Shown here in pieces: positions 20,152 to 30,596 of a stretch of DNA of 64,000 bases. Where the stretch lies: IMG/VR virus record IMGVR_UViG_3300033145_001136, positions 38,948 to 102,947 of that record, one strand, 5' to 3'. The stretch comes from a virus. The notes beneath the pieces are model-generated. The model made no database searches and was not told the origin of the DNA. It was given only the letters and a program-made list of their open reading frames with translations. The position numbers and the translations under genes were made by a program. Each line of letters starts with the position of its first letter. Positions within the stretch are counted from its first letter, which is position 1.

Positions 20152-22916
20152 CCTCCCTCCTGACTACCTGGTATCATAGCGTCTATAATAAGTGGATCTG
20201 TCACTTCGTTTGTTATCTCGCTATCCGATGTCGATGTTTCCACAACAAGCGAATCTATCTCTTCAAATTGCAGAGTACCTGGCATGTCATATTCACCATT
20301 GTCGTATAACACCCGGAGTGTGTCCCCCATTTTCCCATATCTGTGCTTATCTATGGTAATTATAACATTGCCGAACTGCAAGCCTCGTTTTTTAACGATT
20401 GAATCTGGAATCTTCTTTAGTGCGATTTGTTTATCTGCATCTGCCCCCATCCCCTTTGCTCCAGCTAGTTTATATGTGGACTGTTTCATCGCATCTTGGT
20501 CATTTTCTGGTGGTTTTAACTGCTGTATCAATGTGATACTTATTTCACAATCTCGTTTCTCAGCCCTATTCTTTAAAATGGCTGTGGCTCGCTTTAGTAC
20601 CTCCCATCCCTGTGTGGTATCACGCAATCTCTCCGGGACCAATAACTGCATATAATCAATCCAGAAGTATTCGCAACCATTTTCATAGTATTCTTTATCT
20701 ATCAGCGACAACCACGATGTAATTGTCATCTCCCTTGGTCTTAAAATACGTAATTTGCCTTGTGCATATATATCTCGCACTGCCTTTACTTTGTCCATTT
20801 GTTCCACTGTTAATTGGCCAGACCTCAGTGGTGTTAGTGGAACGCCTGCGTGTTGTGCCCACATACGATATATTAGCTCTCTAGGAGGCATTTCTCCAGA
20901 GATAAACGACACCCCCACCTGTTCCTCTGCTGGGGCCAAAACCGCCATATTTTTACACACATCTACCGCAAAGGCTGTTTTGCCCACACCGAATGGGGCG
21001 GCCACATAAAATAATTGCCCCTTTTCAATCCCCTGTAATATGCGTGTTAATTTAGGCCAGTTTTCTCCCAAACTTACTCCAACTATGTCTTTACCCATAT
21101 GTTGTCGTTCTAACAATACCTCAAATGCCTCATCTGCCTGATCCAGTGGATTAGAACTTCCACTAAATCGATCTATCATACCAACATTAGTCATCTCAAG
21201 CTTGTGCTGTACCACTATATCTATAAGTTCTGTAGATAGATCTGTCGCTGCAGCAGTAAGCCGCTCTGATGATATTTTTGCTTTCCTCCTACTTGACAGA
21301 TCTATCAATTTCTCTATTGCAGACTCTATATCTACTTCATAATCATCTGCCAAACTGCGGACATAATCTGCAACCCCTGATTGTTCTATTCGATCAAAAT
21401 GTTCGCTAATAGCATCCTTAGCAATTGGAGATTCTGTGCGATATTTCTTTACTATTATGTTGAAAATTTCTATGTGCCTATTTAAATAAAAATCATCTTC
21501 TCGTAAATCAAGGATTGCTTTTGCTGCCGCTTTTTTGTCTATCATCATCGCAGTTATGACTTGTTTTTCTAGTCCAGTAGCCCGCAAATGTGCGTCGTCG
21601 CTTGTTACATTTTCCGATAACCAGTCCTTAATCAATAATGCCTCTATGTCGAGCTTTGTGGCAAGAAGGCCAATCGCGAGCTCTAGCTCCAGCCCACCGA
21701 AAACAGCTACTTGTTCACCAACTTTGGCCAAGAATTCTAATTTGTTCGTAATAGTTTCTATCGGTTCATCTGTTAGATATGCATCGATGAAAAATTCTAC
21801 CGGATGTGTCGCTGATTCAATAAGCCCCATAAATATGTCTGGGCCATTATCTTTAATAAAGCTGTCTGGATCGTCTTCCACCATGTGTGCAATCCGCACC
21901 AATGGTGGAAATGTCAATTTTCGCATAGACTCAACTAAATTAGCTGCCGACTCCAATCCTCCCTTATCACCATCTGGGCACCATATAAACTCCCTAACCT
22001 TTAATTTAGTCATTTCGTCCAAATGTTCTTGTCGTATACTTGTTCCTCGTAAGCCCACAACATTCTTAATCCCACGACTATGTGCCATCAGTACATCGTG
22101 CACTCCCTCCACACCAATAAGCTGATGTCCTGTTTTTAATAAGTTTCGCCTGGCAATATGTGACCCATATAAAAAGTTGTTATACTTTCGTAAAGGATGC
22201 TTGTTTGAGAATCCCTTGTATTTCCAATCGTCAACCCCTATGCGCGTTATTTGAAAATCAACAATGAAATCCCCGCTAATCCCTTGGGCCGTGGCGTAAT
22301 GTGGATACACCAATACTTCACGAAATCGCTCTGGTATGTTATCTTGTGTACTTCCTGGTATTACTAATTCTAGTTGTATGGCCTCATCATATGACACATC
22401 ATTATTCCGCAGGTGCTCCATTAGGCCTGCCTCGTTACTACACCAGCCAATACCAAAAGCATTTATTGTATCAAGGTCAATCCCCCGAACATCTATTAAA
22501 TGATTATATGCCGCTGCATTTTTTATTAGTTCGGCACTAAAATAATCACCCGCTAATTTCATAATTGTAAAATATCTAAACATCGCCAACTCTGCGGGCG
22601 TTGGCTCCCTATGGTATTTATCTACATCAATTGCAAATTCTGACGCCAAATGTTCTAGAGCTTCAACGTACGTCAATCCATGCATAAACTCTACCCAACT
22701 AATTATATCACCCTGTGCCTTACACCCAAAACAATAATATCCATTTGATTCGTGATATACTGTCAACGATGGAGTTTTCTTATCTTGATGAAATGGGCAC
22801 ATAAATTTTGTATATGACGAGGTCTCAAGACATGGGGCCAGGTCTTGTCCCATATACTCCACCAGCGGGATCGCGCTCTTTACAACATCTCTAAGTTGAT
22901 TTGTTTCAATAAGCAT
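20148..22916 (-). CDS. Fused DnaG primase - DnaB helicase
   Basis: CPFH...CFGC zinc finger, TOPRIM EGVHD and DGDKGG, DPD; DnaB N-domain (DFY..RH..IF) and helicase core AAPFGVGKT, SGEM, IDYMQL, KHRYG. Confidence 0.93.
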   Translation of the reverse strand: MLIETNQLRDVVKSAIPLVEYMGQDLAPCLETSSYTKFMCPFHQDKKTPSLTVYHESNGYYCFGCKAQGDIISWVEFMHGLTYVEALEHLASEFAIDVDKYHREPTPAELAMFRYFTIMKLAGDYFSAELIKNAAAYNHLIDVRGIDLDTINAFGIGWCSNEAGLMEHLRNNDVSYDEAIQLELVIPGSTQDNIPERFREVLVYPHYATAQGISGDFIVDFQITRIGVDDWKYKGFSNKHPLRKYNNFLYGSHIARRNLLKTGHQLIGVEGVHDVLMAHSRGIKNVVGLRGTSIRQEHLDEMTKLKVREFIWCPDGDKGGLESAANLVESMRKLTFPPLVRIAHMVEDDPDSFIKDNGPDIFMGLIESATHPVEFFIDAYLTDEPIETITNKLEFLAKVGEQVAVFGGLELELAIGLLATKLDIEALLIKDWLSENVTSDDAHLRATGLEKQVITAMMIDKKAAAKAILDLREDDFYLNRHIEIFNIIVKKYRTESPIAKDAISEHFDRIEQSGVADYVRSLADDYEVDIESAIEKLIDLSSRRKAKISSERLTAAATDLSTELIDIVVQHKLEMTNVGMIDRFSGSSNPLDQADEAFEVLLERQHMGKDIVGVSLGENWPKLTRILQGIEKGQLFYVAAPFGVGKTAFAVDVCKNMAVLAPAEEQVGVSFISGEMPPRELIYRMWAQHAGVPLTPLRSGQLTVEQMDKVKAVRDIYAQGKLRILRPREMTITSWLSLIDKEYYENGCEYFWIDYMQLLVPERLRDTTQGWEVLKRATAILKNRAEKRDCEISITLIQQLKPPENDQDAMKQSTYKLAGAKGMGADADKQIALKKIPDSIVKKRGLQFGNVIITIDKHRYGKMGDTLRVLYDNGEYDMPGTLQFEEIDSLVVETSTSDSEITNEVTDPLIIDAMIPGSQEGG

Positions 22917-23605
22917 TATATATCGCGCCTCAGTATTCTCAATTCATCTTTTTTGATTTTCCATTCATCCAGCTCGTCCTGTACTTGGTCCGGATCAAGT
23001 ATCAAAGTCTGCTCCTGCTTTATTTTCTTAACTGGCGCATCATAGATTTGTTGCATACGCCTGTCTTCAACTTTTTCTCGCTGTATAGCCCCATTTAGTA
23101 TGCTTCTCCAGTAACCATAGTGTCGTTTATCCATTGCGACTTTATCTAATGCCTCGAAAGAATCATTAAAGACTTCTTGAGGATGTGTTTGTGCAAGCTC
23201 AACCAAATCTTGTAATTGATCTCTAGAAATGTCCTGGGTAAGATATTCGGTTAGCCCTGAATATAGGTGTGTCGTACAAGCAGTCCACTTTGGGTCTGGG
23301 AATTGACGATAGTCAGGCCTCTTACCATATTTGTTTTTAAATATCTGATAATAATATTTATTAAAACTATGAAAAATTTTAGAGGTCTCTGATGCCCTAG
23401 GCGCAAATTCATCAACCACATTTAACATAGCCACCGGGTAGAAACTATAAGCCAGTTTCTCTACTTCTATGAGATCATATTCTGGCTGTTGATCTGGTAA
23501 AACCCATTCAAGCCACCTAGTCAGAACTCTCCTGGCCGGTGTGCTCATCACTAAGGGAAGTGCTGCGATTCTCTCTGTGATCAAGTCGTCGTCGTGCTTC
23601 TGCAA
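22916..23605 (-). CDS. Hypothetical protein (possible replication accessory factor)
   Basis: 229 aa, stop abuts the primase start; function inferred from position only. Confidence 0.6.
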   Translation of the reverse strand: MQKHDDDLITERIAALPLVMSTPARRVLTRWLEWVLPDQQPEYDLIEVEKLAYSFYPVAMLNVVDEFAPRASETSKIFHSFNKYYYQIFKNKYGKRPDYRQFPDPKWTACTTHLYSGLTEYLTQDISRDQLQDLVELAQTHPQEVFNDSFEALDKVAMDKRHYGYWRSILNGAIQREKVEDRRMQQIYDAPVKKIKQEQTLILDPDQVQDELDEWKIKKDELRILRRDI

Positions 23606-26600
23606 GTCTTTTCTTCTCCTCGTCTGTTTCTATCAATTCTTCAAACTTGTTAAGCCATTCCCTAGCTGCAGCAAACTTATCTAACTGCTGAAAGGCCAGT
23701 AAACCAAGGTTCCACAATACGGCTTTATCGTCCTTGGTGATGGTATTATAGAACCGCTCATACCATTCGTATGCTTCCTGATTCATTTCTTGTCTATGAA
23801 GAAAAGAAGCATAATCTTTAATATTGAGCGCCACCATTTCTGGTTCTGGAATATCGGTCATCTCAGCCGCCCGCAAAAAGCATCTCTTAGCCTCTTCTAT
23901 TTCGTATCGCTCTTCATGGATGAGCCCAAGATTATGCCACTCTGTATAATCAATACGATCTTCCGGGAAAGCATAGATCTGTTCTAGCAAATGGTCCACC
24001 TTGAAATTCACTTTTTGTTTTGTGTGCATTAGCGCCATCATGACCATGTTAGTAATCGATGATTCTCCATCGCGTCTTTCGTAATCTATCTCTGCCTCTA
24101 TGGCCCTAAGAAGCAAGGCCTGTAAATCATCCCCACGCTTATGCATTTTTTTATATTCTTTAATCCGACCCTCTGCAATGGCATAATTCTTATCCGCAAT
24201 GTCTACCTTAAGCTGCAATACAACCGCATCAAATTCATCAGTACTATTGTCTATCACATCCTGAATCAATGCACGTACTTCATCAACCCTGCCACATAAT
24301 AGGGCCGCTTCTACATATCGTCTTCGCAACATAGGATCATCTATCACATCTTCAATTGCCCTACCTAACAACTCAAATGCTCTCTCTAAATTACCCTGTC
24401 GCACCATTAGTGTTGACAAATTCACAAGCACAAGTGAATCATTTGGTGCAATGGCATAGGCCGTTTCAAGGTGGTGCAGTGCTTTTTCAGCATTGTTGTG
24501 ATGGTCCATATAGTACGCCGCTAAGTTAAGGTGCGGTTCTATAGCATCTGGCTCAAGCTCTAGAGTTTGTTCATAGTAACCTCTGGCCTTTTCCCAATCC
24601 TCTCGATGCATGGCAATTAGTCCAAGGTTATTATATATTTGTGGCATATATGGTAATAGTTCTGCGGCTTTCAGAAACAATTTTTCTGCTTTAGTTGGAT
24701 TACTATCAATTACGATATTCGCCAATGCTAAATATGCATCGCCCAGCTTAGGATTAAGTTCTATGGTAGTTTCTAATGCAACTATTGCTTCTTGTACCCT
24801 ATCCTGACGTATTAGGGTAATCCCATAATTATACCATGCATCCGCATAGTCCGGCTTTAATGCGATTGCCTTTTCTAACTGTTCTTGTGCACTACTAACA
24901 TCATTTTTAAATTCCATATATTGTAGAGCTAATTCAAAACATGCCTTTGCATTTTCTGGATCTCCTTCTACCTTCTTTTGGCCAACTCTAATAGATTGGT
25001 CTCCCTTTCCTTTCATACGTTCTGTGTCACGAATCTTACCATAGTGATGTACCAACACATCTACTACTTGAAGAACACGCATCCCCATCTCAAGGGCATG
25101 CGGATCAATTAGTTCGTGATATGGGAACCTCCACATTAATCCTTTTTGTGCTGGATATAGCCGAGTCTTTGTGGAGACGGCATAACCAGGACATCCCTTT
25201 GTATAAAATTCTGAATACTTCGGATCTGTCGGGAGCCACCGAGCCGCACCGCGCCCACGATAATAATTTGCCGTCTGTATCTGATACACCGATTCGTGCT
25301 CTAACACACGCGCACAAAGATGTCGCAGTGCCTGCATATCCTCGTTTGATATCGTCTCGTCCGCATCAACACACAGATGCCAGTCTACCATATCATCTAT
25401 TAAGGATTGAGCATAATTTCTGGCCTTTGCAAAGTCTTCGTCAAAATCTTCCACCATATCCTTCTGCGTCACTATTAACTTATCTCCAATTTCCGGATCA
25501 TTTTTAAGCCTTAAAAGAATATCCATAGTCTTATCGGTAGACCCCGTATCCACAACTACCATTCTATGTAAATGTGGAATGTGTTGTCGTACAAGTTGCT
25601 CTACATACTCTTCTTCATCCTTTACAATGGCAGCAACCCCAAGCCTAAGCCCAGATATATCTGTTGGACCCATGACATCTATTGCTCTAACGCTTTTACC
25701 TACTATAGTCGATTTACCACTTGCGCTATCTATTTCAGCCGCTTTATCAATATATTTCTGCGCTTCGATCTCCCTGTCTTGCGACCGTAAATGTACTGCA
25801 TAGTTAATTAAGTTTGTTACATTAGTGTCATCTACTTCTATTGCCTTAATGAACCATTCGTCTGCAGCCGTAAAGTCTTCATCAGCATGATACGCAACCG
25901 CCATCGCACCATAATATGTCGGCTTCTCCGGATTTCGTTCAATCAGTTCCGTAAGTTCAGCTATTATATCTTTACCTCGTAAGTTACCAGCAACAATAAT
26001 TTTATATCGTAGGTCATCTAGTGGGACATGCGCATATGCACAATTGTAATATTGCACAGCCATCGGGCCATTTCCTGAGATCGCGTATAAGTCACCATAA
26101 TCCTCAAATGCTTTCTCTTTAGTAGCTTCGTCCACCTCATCAATATATACACCTTCTGGCGCTGCGCCAATAACATATGCATCGTGCGCATCTGCAAACG
26201 TGTTACCAATAACAACTCTACACCATACTACGCGCACACCAGAATCCTCTTCATCCATGTCAAATCCGACAGATCGCAAAATAAGGTTTTCTGTAGCATC
26301 TAATTTTTCTACTGTCTGTGAAACATATTCCGGGATATTGGCGTAATCTGGCCATGCCAGATTAACAATTGTAAACGCTTCTGGACCGAATCGCTGCAAC
26401 CCCATTTGCATCATTGATTTATATTGCAAACCAATTGACACATTCTCGGTCATAAACGACACACCCGCAATTCCTTTTATCCTTTGTAAATATTCAATAT
26501 ATTCCCTATTATACACCCCGATGAGGATTGTCCCCTTGAGTTTACGTATAAATGTTTCCGCCTCTGCTATTTCAAAATCTTTTGGTATTAATATAAGATA

Positions 26601-26609
26601 CATCGTCAT
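23517..26609 (-). CDS. GT2 glycosyltransferase with multiple TPR repeats
   Basis: IVKDEE, VVVDTGSTD, DFAKARN, VDADE, HHYG; many TPR repeats (YADAWYNYG, IYNNLG, WHNLG). Confidence 0.9.
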   Translation of the reverse strand: MTMYLILIPKDFEIAEAETFIRKLKGTILIGVYNREYIEYLQRIKGIAGVSFMTENVSIGLQYKSMMQMGLQRFGPEAFTIVNLAWPDYANIPEYVSQTVEKLDATENLILRSVGFDMDEEDSGVRVVWCRVVIGNTFADAHDAYVIGAAPEGVYIDEVDEATKEKAFEDYGDLYAISGNGPMAVQYYNCAYAHVPLDDLRYKIIVAGNLRGKDIIAELTELIERNPEKPTYYGAMAVAYHADEDFTAADEWFIKAIEVDDTNVTNLINYAVHLRSQDREIEAQKYIDKAAEIDSASGKSTIVGKSVRAIDVMGPTDISGLRLGVAAIVKDEEEYVEQLVRQHIPHLHRMVVVDTGSTDKTMDILLRLKNDPEIGDKLIVTQKDMVEDFDEDFAKARNYAQSLIDDMVDWHLCVDADETISNEDMQALRHLCARVLEHESVYQIQTANYYRGRGAARWLPTDPKYSEFYTKGCPGYAVSTKTRLYPAQKGLMWRFPYHELIDPHALEMGMRVLQVVDVLVHHYGKIRDTERMKGKGDQSIRVGQKKVEGDPENAKACFELALQYMEFKNDVSSAQEQLEKAIALKPDYADAWYNYGITLIRQDRVQEAIVALETTIELNPKLGDAYLALANIVIDSNPTKAEKLFLKAAELLPYMPQIYNNLGLIAMHREDWEKARGYYEQTLELEPDAIEPHLNLAAYYMDHHNNAEKALHHLETAYAIAPNDSLVLVNLSTLMVRQGNLERAFELLGRAIEDVIDDPMLRRRYVEAALLCGRVDEVRALIQDVIDNSTDEFDAVVLQLKVDIADKNYAIAEGRIKEYKKMHKRGDDLQALLLRAIEAEIDYERRDGESSITNMVMMALMHTKQKVNFKVDHLLEQIYAFPEDRIDYTEWHNLGLIHEERYEIEEAKRCFLRAAEMTDIPEPEMVALNIKDYASFLHRQEMNQEAYEWYERFYNTITKDDKAVLWNLGLLAFQQLDKFAAAREWLNKFEELIETDEEKKRLAEARRRLDHRENRSTSLSDEHTGQESSD

Positions 26610-28351
26610 CGGTATTCACCCTTGCTAATTTTCGATTTCCAGTCTGTACCAAGTAAATAAGCTGCATCTTTAGTATACCACTGGTTCACTTGCTCAATAT
26701 CTGTGAATCCTCTATTCGCTTGTACCTGTTTCAAATAATCTAGATATTCGGTCGGTTCTAGACTATCTGGGTGTCTGGGGTCACCAAGATGCTCAACCCT
26801 CATTGACATTGGATCATAATATCCAACCAGCAACCCTGCTCTAGACATATCACGTTGATACGTAGTCCACCCACCAAGCTTGCCAGCTCCCTCTTCTGGC
26901 CCCAATAAGCCAAATCGTGCTAAAATAGCGGTTCTAGCGATATACGCGCACCCGCCCACATAAGGCTGTTGTAAAAATTTTACTATACCATAGTCTTTCA
27001 CCGTAAATTCCCCATATGCTTCATCCGGTATAAAGACTGTATCATCTTCTATGAAATGGAACCCCGCGATAACCCCAAATTCCTGAAAAGACGTATTATA
27101 TAAATCTATGGTTCGCCGTAAAAAGTCTTGGGGTACAATGGTATCTGAGTCCACTTTTGCAACAAATTCAGTTCTGGCTTCACGCCAAAATGTGTTTGTG
27201 ATCAAGTATAAATATTCCGATTCGTCAGACCTTATGAGATTAATCTTTATATCTCTACCCGAATCTTTTAACATCGTTTCCACTTTATTTTGTACATCAA
27301 ATTCATCTGTGGCATTATCCACTAATGTAATATTAAAATTTGGATAATCTAGGTCCAACACCGATTTAAACGACTTTTCAAAATATCGCTCTCTATTATA
27401 GGCCAGCATCAATAGTGACACAGCGGGGTCTGGATTAATCTCTGGCTGTACCTGCTCATTCAAAAATATCATAGGATGGTCTAGCTCAAGATGCCCAGAA
27501 GGCTGTGGCATCTTTGAATCACCAATTAACCCAGAATTTGGATCGACCAACCCTTCCCATTTTTCGATAAATTTCTGCTTATTTTCCTCCATTGTATTTC
27601 TGTGATCAATTTTATTTTCTCGGAACGTAGCAGATCCAAAGTGCCACATCCACACATTACCTATCGTACCCATCTGATATCCCGCTTCCAACATAGCGGC
27701 TGAGATATCGTTATCTTCAAAGTTCCCTATGGTATATCTTTCATCCCATCCTCCGATTCGATGAAACACATGCTTACGCATAATTAGGCAAAAACCAACC
27801 AATCGCGGCACCAATTTAAGCCCTTGATTATTAGCCAAAAACACCTTCGCTACTTCATCTACCTCTTCATCTGTATTAATTGAGTGTTGTGGCTTTACGT
27901 TTTGATAACCAGATACGTTGTTAGCCATTGGCCCTACCGCAGCTAATTTCTTTTTAATTATAAAATATCGCATCATAGAAGACAGCCATTTGGGCCCAAC
28001 AACAAGGTCATTATTCATAAAGCACAAAAATTGACCCTTTGCGTGTTCTGCCGCGTAGTTATTGCCACCAGAAAATCCCAAATTCTCGCCTGGGTCCAGT
28101 AATTTAATATCCTTACAATATAGTTTCGCCTCTCCATCTAATCTAGACATTTCAAAATGTATATATAATTCTTTTAGATATTCCTCTGTTTCATCTGTAG
28201 AACCATTATTAACGAGCACCAACTCATACGGATAACAAGTGTTTTTTAAGATCGATGAGACGCACCGTCTTGTGTGATCTACAGCATTATAACAAAGCAC
28301 AATGATGCTTACCATGCTTTGCTGTTTCGTTTTTTTATATTTCTTCGCCAT
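26606..28351 (-). CDS. Two-domain GT2 glycosyltransferase
   Basis: VSIIVLCYN, NNGSTD, NLGFSGGNN, FMNND, FEDND; second domain LAYNR, VDN, KVDSD. Confidence 0.88.
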   Translation of the reverse strand: MAKKYKKTKQQSMVSIIVLCYNAVDHTRRCVSSILKNTCYPYELVLVNNGSTDETEEYLKELYIHFEMSRLDGEAKLYCKDIKLLDPGENLGFSGGNNYAAEHAKGQFLCFMNNDLVVGPKWLSSMMRYFIIKKKLAAVGPMANNVSGYQNVKPQHSINTDEEVDEVAKVFLANNQGLKLVPRLVGFCLIMRKHVFHRIGGWDERYTIGNFEDNDISAAMLEAGYQMGTIGNVWMWHFGSATFRENKIDHRNTMEENKQKFIEKWEGLVDPNSGLIGDSKMPQPSGHLELDHPMIFLNEQVQPEINPDPAVSLLMLAYNRERYFEKSFKSVLDLDYPNFNITLVDNATDEFDVQNKVETMLKDSGRDIKINLIRSDESEYLYLITNTFWREARTEFVAKVDSDTIVPQDFLRRTIDLYNTSFQEFGVIAGFHFIEDDTVFIPDEAYGEFTVKDYGIVKFLQQPYVGGCAYIARTAILARFGLLGPEEGAGKLGGWTTYQRDMSRAGLLVGYYDPMSMRVEHLGDPRHPDSLEPTEYLDYLKQVQANRGFTDIEQVNQWYTKDAAYLLGTDWKSKISKGEYR

Positions 28352-28362
28352 TTGCCATTCCT

Positions 28363-29784
28363 CTAAGATAATAGGCCGAATTTTTCATATCGCCGTTTTC
28401 TTTCTCTAGCATGTTTATCAAGGTATTTTACCCCATCGCAAAGGTCATATACCACTGGCTGCTTACTGTCATCTGCCCAGTCCCTCCTCAACACTCGACC
28501 TACAGGCTGGATGGCGTCACGACCACCCGCAGCCAGAATTAGTACCGCTGCTTTAGGAGCATCAAACCCTCGGTGAACCAGGGTCGAGATTAAAACCGGT
28601 ATATCACCATTACGGTATCTCTTAATAATGTCTGTCCTATCGTGTGTCTTACTACACGCAAATTCCGCTTGAACCCCATATCCTCTAATTTGGCGCGTGA
28701 TTTCTTTCCCATGCTCAATCTGCTTAACACAAATCAGCACTATGTTCCCACTATCTACCTCGTTAACTACCATATCAGCAATCATGGCATTTCTACTTGA
28801 ATTATTTACCACCTGTGTTGAATAAATTTCATTATACGCAGTTAATTTATTTTCCCCAACTGCCCCCCATTCTTTCTTAAAATCCGCCTCCGGAACCTCG
28901 ATAAACTTGAATTCGGGTTTCAAGATTAACCCAGATTCAAATGCCATTTTATATCCAACATCATATATAATTGGGCCGATCGCGGCCTCCATCATTAGAT
29001 CTCTTTTGTCAAGCCTGTATGGGGTTGCGGTTGCCCCGAATACATGATCGGATTTCTTAAAATGTGATAGCAGATCAAATATTGAATTGGCGGGCACTAT
29101 ATGACACTCGTCAACCATTACTACTTCTGTATCCTCGATAAAAGCCAAAATCTCTCGTTTATATTCTATGTTGCCCTTAATCACACGTCCCTCATATTTA
29201 AGATCCAATGCAGCACACAAACTCTGATCTGAGCAAACCGTAATGTCTTGAATATCAAAATCCCTGCCAGATATCTCACCTATCGGTACTCCTAGGCATT
29301 CTCGCAGGGTTTCTCGAGCCTGATCTATAAGAATTAATTCATCACAAATAAAACACGTTTTACGTTGAAGTTCCGCAATCATGTTAGCCATAATTAACGT
29401 CTTGCCTGTGCCAGTTGGTAACGAAATCAATCCACGCATAGATTGAACTGCAGTATCAACACAACCACGTTGAAAATCTACAAGGGTCAAGCCCCCAACA
29501 TAGGATAAGTCTAGGCTCGGGTCTGAATATGTAGATTCGTCTTCTAGCTCATATTCTAAAGGCCATAGTTCTTTTATGATTTTCGGCAATAAGCCAATCC
29601 GGAATTTTAATCTTTTTTTAGTTAATAATCGTGTATATCCATCCCACCTGCCACTTTTATATAGTCTAGAAAATTGAAATCCATCCTGTCTAAAACTACA
29701 GCTTTTATATAATTTCCTAGCAATCTGCTCCTCAATGCCACCCATGATTTGCCCATGTGTGTTATTTATCTTAATTGTTATCAT
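28363..29784 (-). CDS. Superfamily 2 helicase (UvsW/Rad25-like)
   Basis: LPTGTGKT, DECH, GATATP, GFDAP, Q..GRVLR. Confidence 0.9.
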   Translation of the reverse strand: MITIKINNTHGQIMGGIEEQIARKLYKSCSFRQDGFQFSRLYKSGRWDGYTRLLTKKRLKFRIGLLPKIIKELWPLEYELEDESTYSDPSLDLSYVGGLTLVDFQRGCVDTAVQSMRGLISLPTGTGKTLIMANMIAELQRKTCFICDELILIDQARETLRECLGVPIGEISGRDFDIQDITVCSDQSLCAALDLKYEGRVIKGNIEYKREILAFIEDTEVVMVDECHIVPANSIFDLLSHFKKSDHVFGATATPYRLDKRDLMMEAAIGPIIYDVGYKMAFESGLILKPEFKFIEVPEADFKKEWGAVGENKLTAYNEIYSTQVVNNSSRNAMIADMVVNEVDSGNIVLICVKQIEHGKEITRQIRGYGVQAEFACSKTHDRTDIIKRYRNGDIPVLISTLVHRGFDAPKAAVLILAAGGRDAIQPVGRVLRRDWADDSKQPVVYDLCDGVKYLDKHARERKRRYEKFGLLS

Positions 29785-29954
29785 GTTTTAGTATTGTTAT
29801 GTTTTGGATGGACTATAAAAATATAAAAAGAAGGGTCTCGATATTGAATCTCTCTAGCAATTTTCCTATCTACCCAAAATCGGGCCAGTTCCCAAGCTAA
29901 GTGTCAAGATGACTATCGGTTCGAAAGATAGATTTACAAAATTACCATATAAAT

Positions 29955-29986
29955 AGAGGGGCAAGGAGTTTCCTCCTTGCCCCTCT
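29955..29986 (-). terminator. Strong hairpin, probable intrinsic terminator
   Basis: AGAGGGGCAAGGAG-GAAA-CTCCTTGCCCCTCT, 14 bp perfect stem followed by ATTTAT on the minus strand. Confidence 0.7.
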
Positions 29987-30034
29987 TACTACCTCCGCCA
30001 CTCTACCAGTATGGTAGATCGTATGTAAAATAAG

Positions 30035-30315
30035 TGGGAACGGAGTGGGATTGGGGAGTACCCACAAGTTCAGCGCCACGATCCATCCCTAGTAGGATTA
30101 ACGCCAAACTGCCTCCGGTTGGGCTATCGATAATCCCGGGTAGCGTAAAGCCCCTCTCAGGTTTAACGATGCTGCCGATGGGTTGCTCCAGTCCACCGAC
30201 GTGAGGCCGCTAAGCCTCTTCTTTGAAGGATCACCTTACCGGCTCGTAGAACACCAGTTAGGCCTCGGGCCAGATGCCTCTAGACAAAGGCCTGTTGTTC
30301 AGTCATCCGTTCCCA
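30035..30315 (-). ncRNA. Putative structured ncRNA (~280 nt), family unassigned
   Basis: 10 bp terminal stem TGGGAACGGA/TCCGTTCCCA enclosing at least six hairpins; G-U pairs form only on the minus strand; GC-rich, no credible ORF. Confidence 0.6.
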
Positions 30316-30330
30316 ACAGTCAAAGAACAA

Positions 30331-30410
30331 TGGGGATAAGCTTGCTTGGAGGGCAATTAGGAAGTGGTTTGCCTGGTGGTGCGGAACCAGACGATCCCTG
30401 CCTATCCCCA
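30331..30410 (-). ncRNA. Putative small structured RNA (80 nt)
   Basis: 11 bp closing stem TGGGGATAGGC/GCTTATCCCCA with two inner hairpins (CTGGT/ACCAG, GGCAA/TTGCC). Confidence 0.45.
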
Positions 30411-30596
30411 AAATCACATACCACAAAAAGCACATCGTCTTGCATATTCCATCTATTGGCACTAGAAGCAGTGCCGAAAAATTATCCACACTAAGCGTTT
30501 CTACTTAGTATCTATCTACAAAAAATGTGTTCCTTATTAATTACGCAAGTATCAATAACTAGTTTTAGAGTAGCATTATTGCCGATAAATTTTTTA

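Noticed and set aside
29981-30000. CTCCGCCA resembling a tRNA/tmRNA 3' end on the plus strand
   Set aside because: No T-arm or matching 5' acceptor strand upstream; the sequence abuts the terminator hairpin
30482-30490. Perfect DnaA box TTATCCACA suggesting an origin
   Set aside because: Only one copy noticed in this gap, and the same 9-mer occurs inside the deaminase gene (~19902); insufficient for an origin call
30183-30494. ORFs 30183-30494 (+) and 30280-30489 (-)
   Set aside because: No RBS or protein-like features; they overlap the structured RNA candidates
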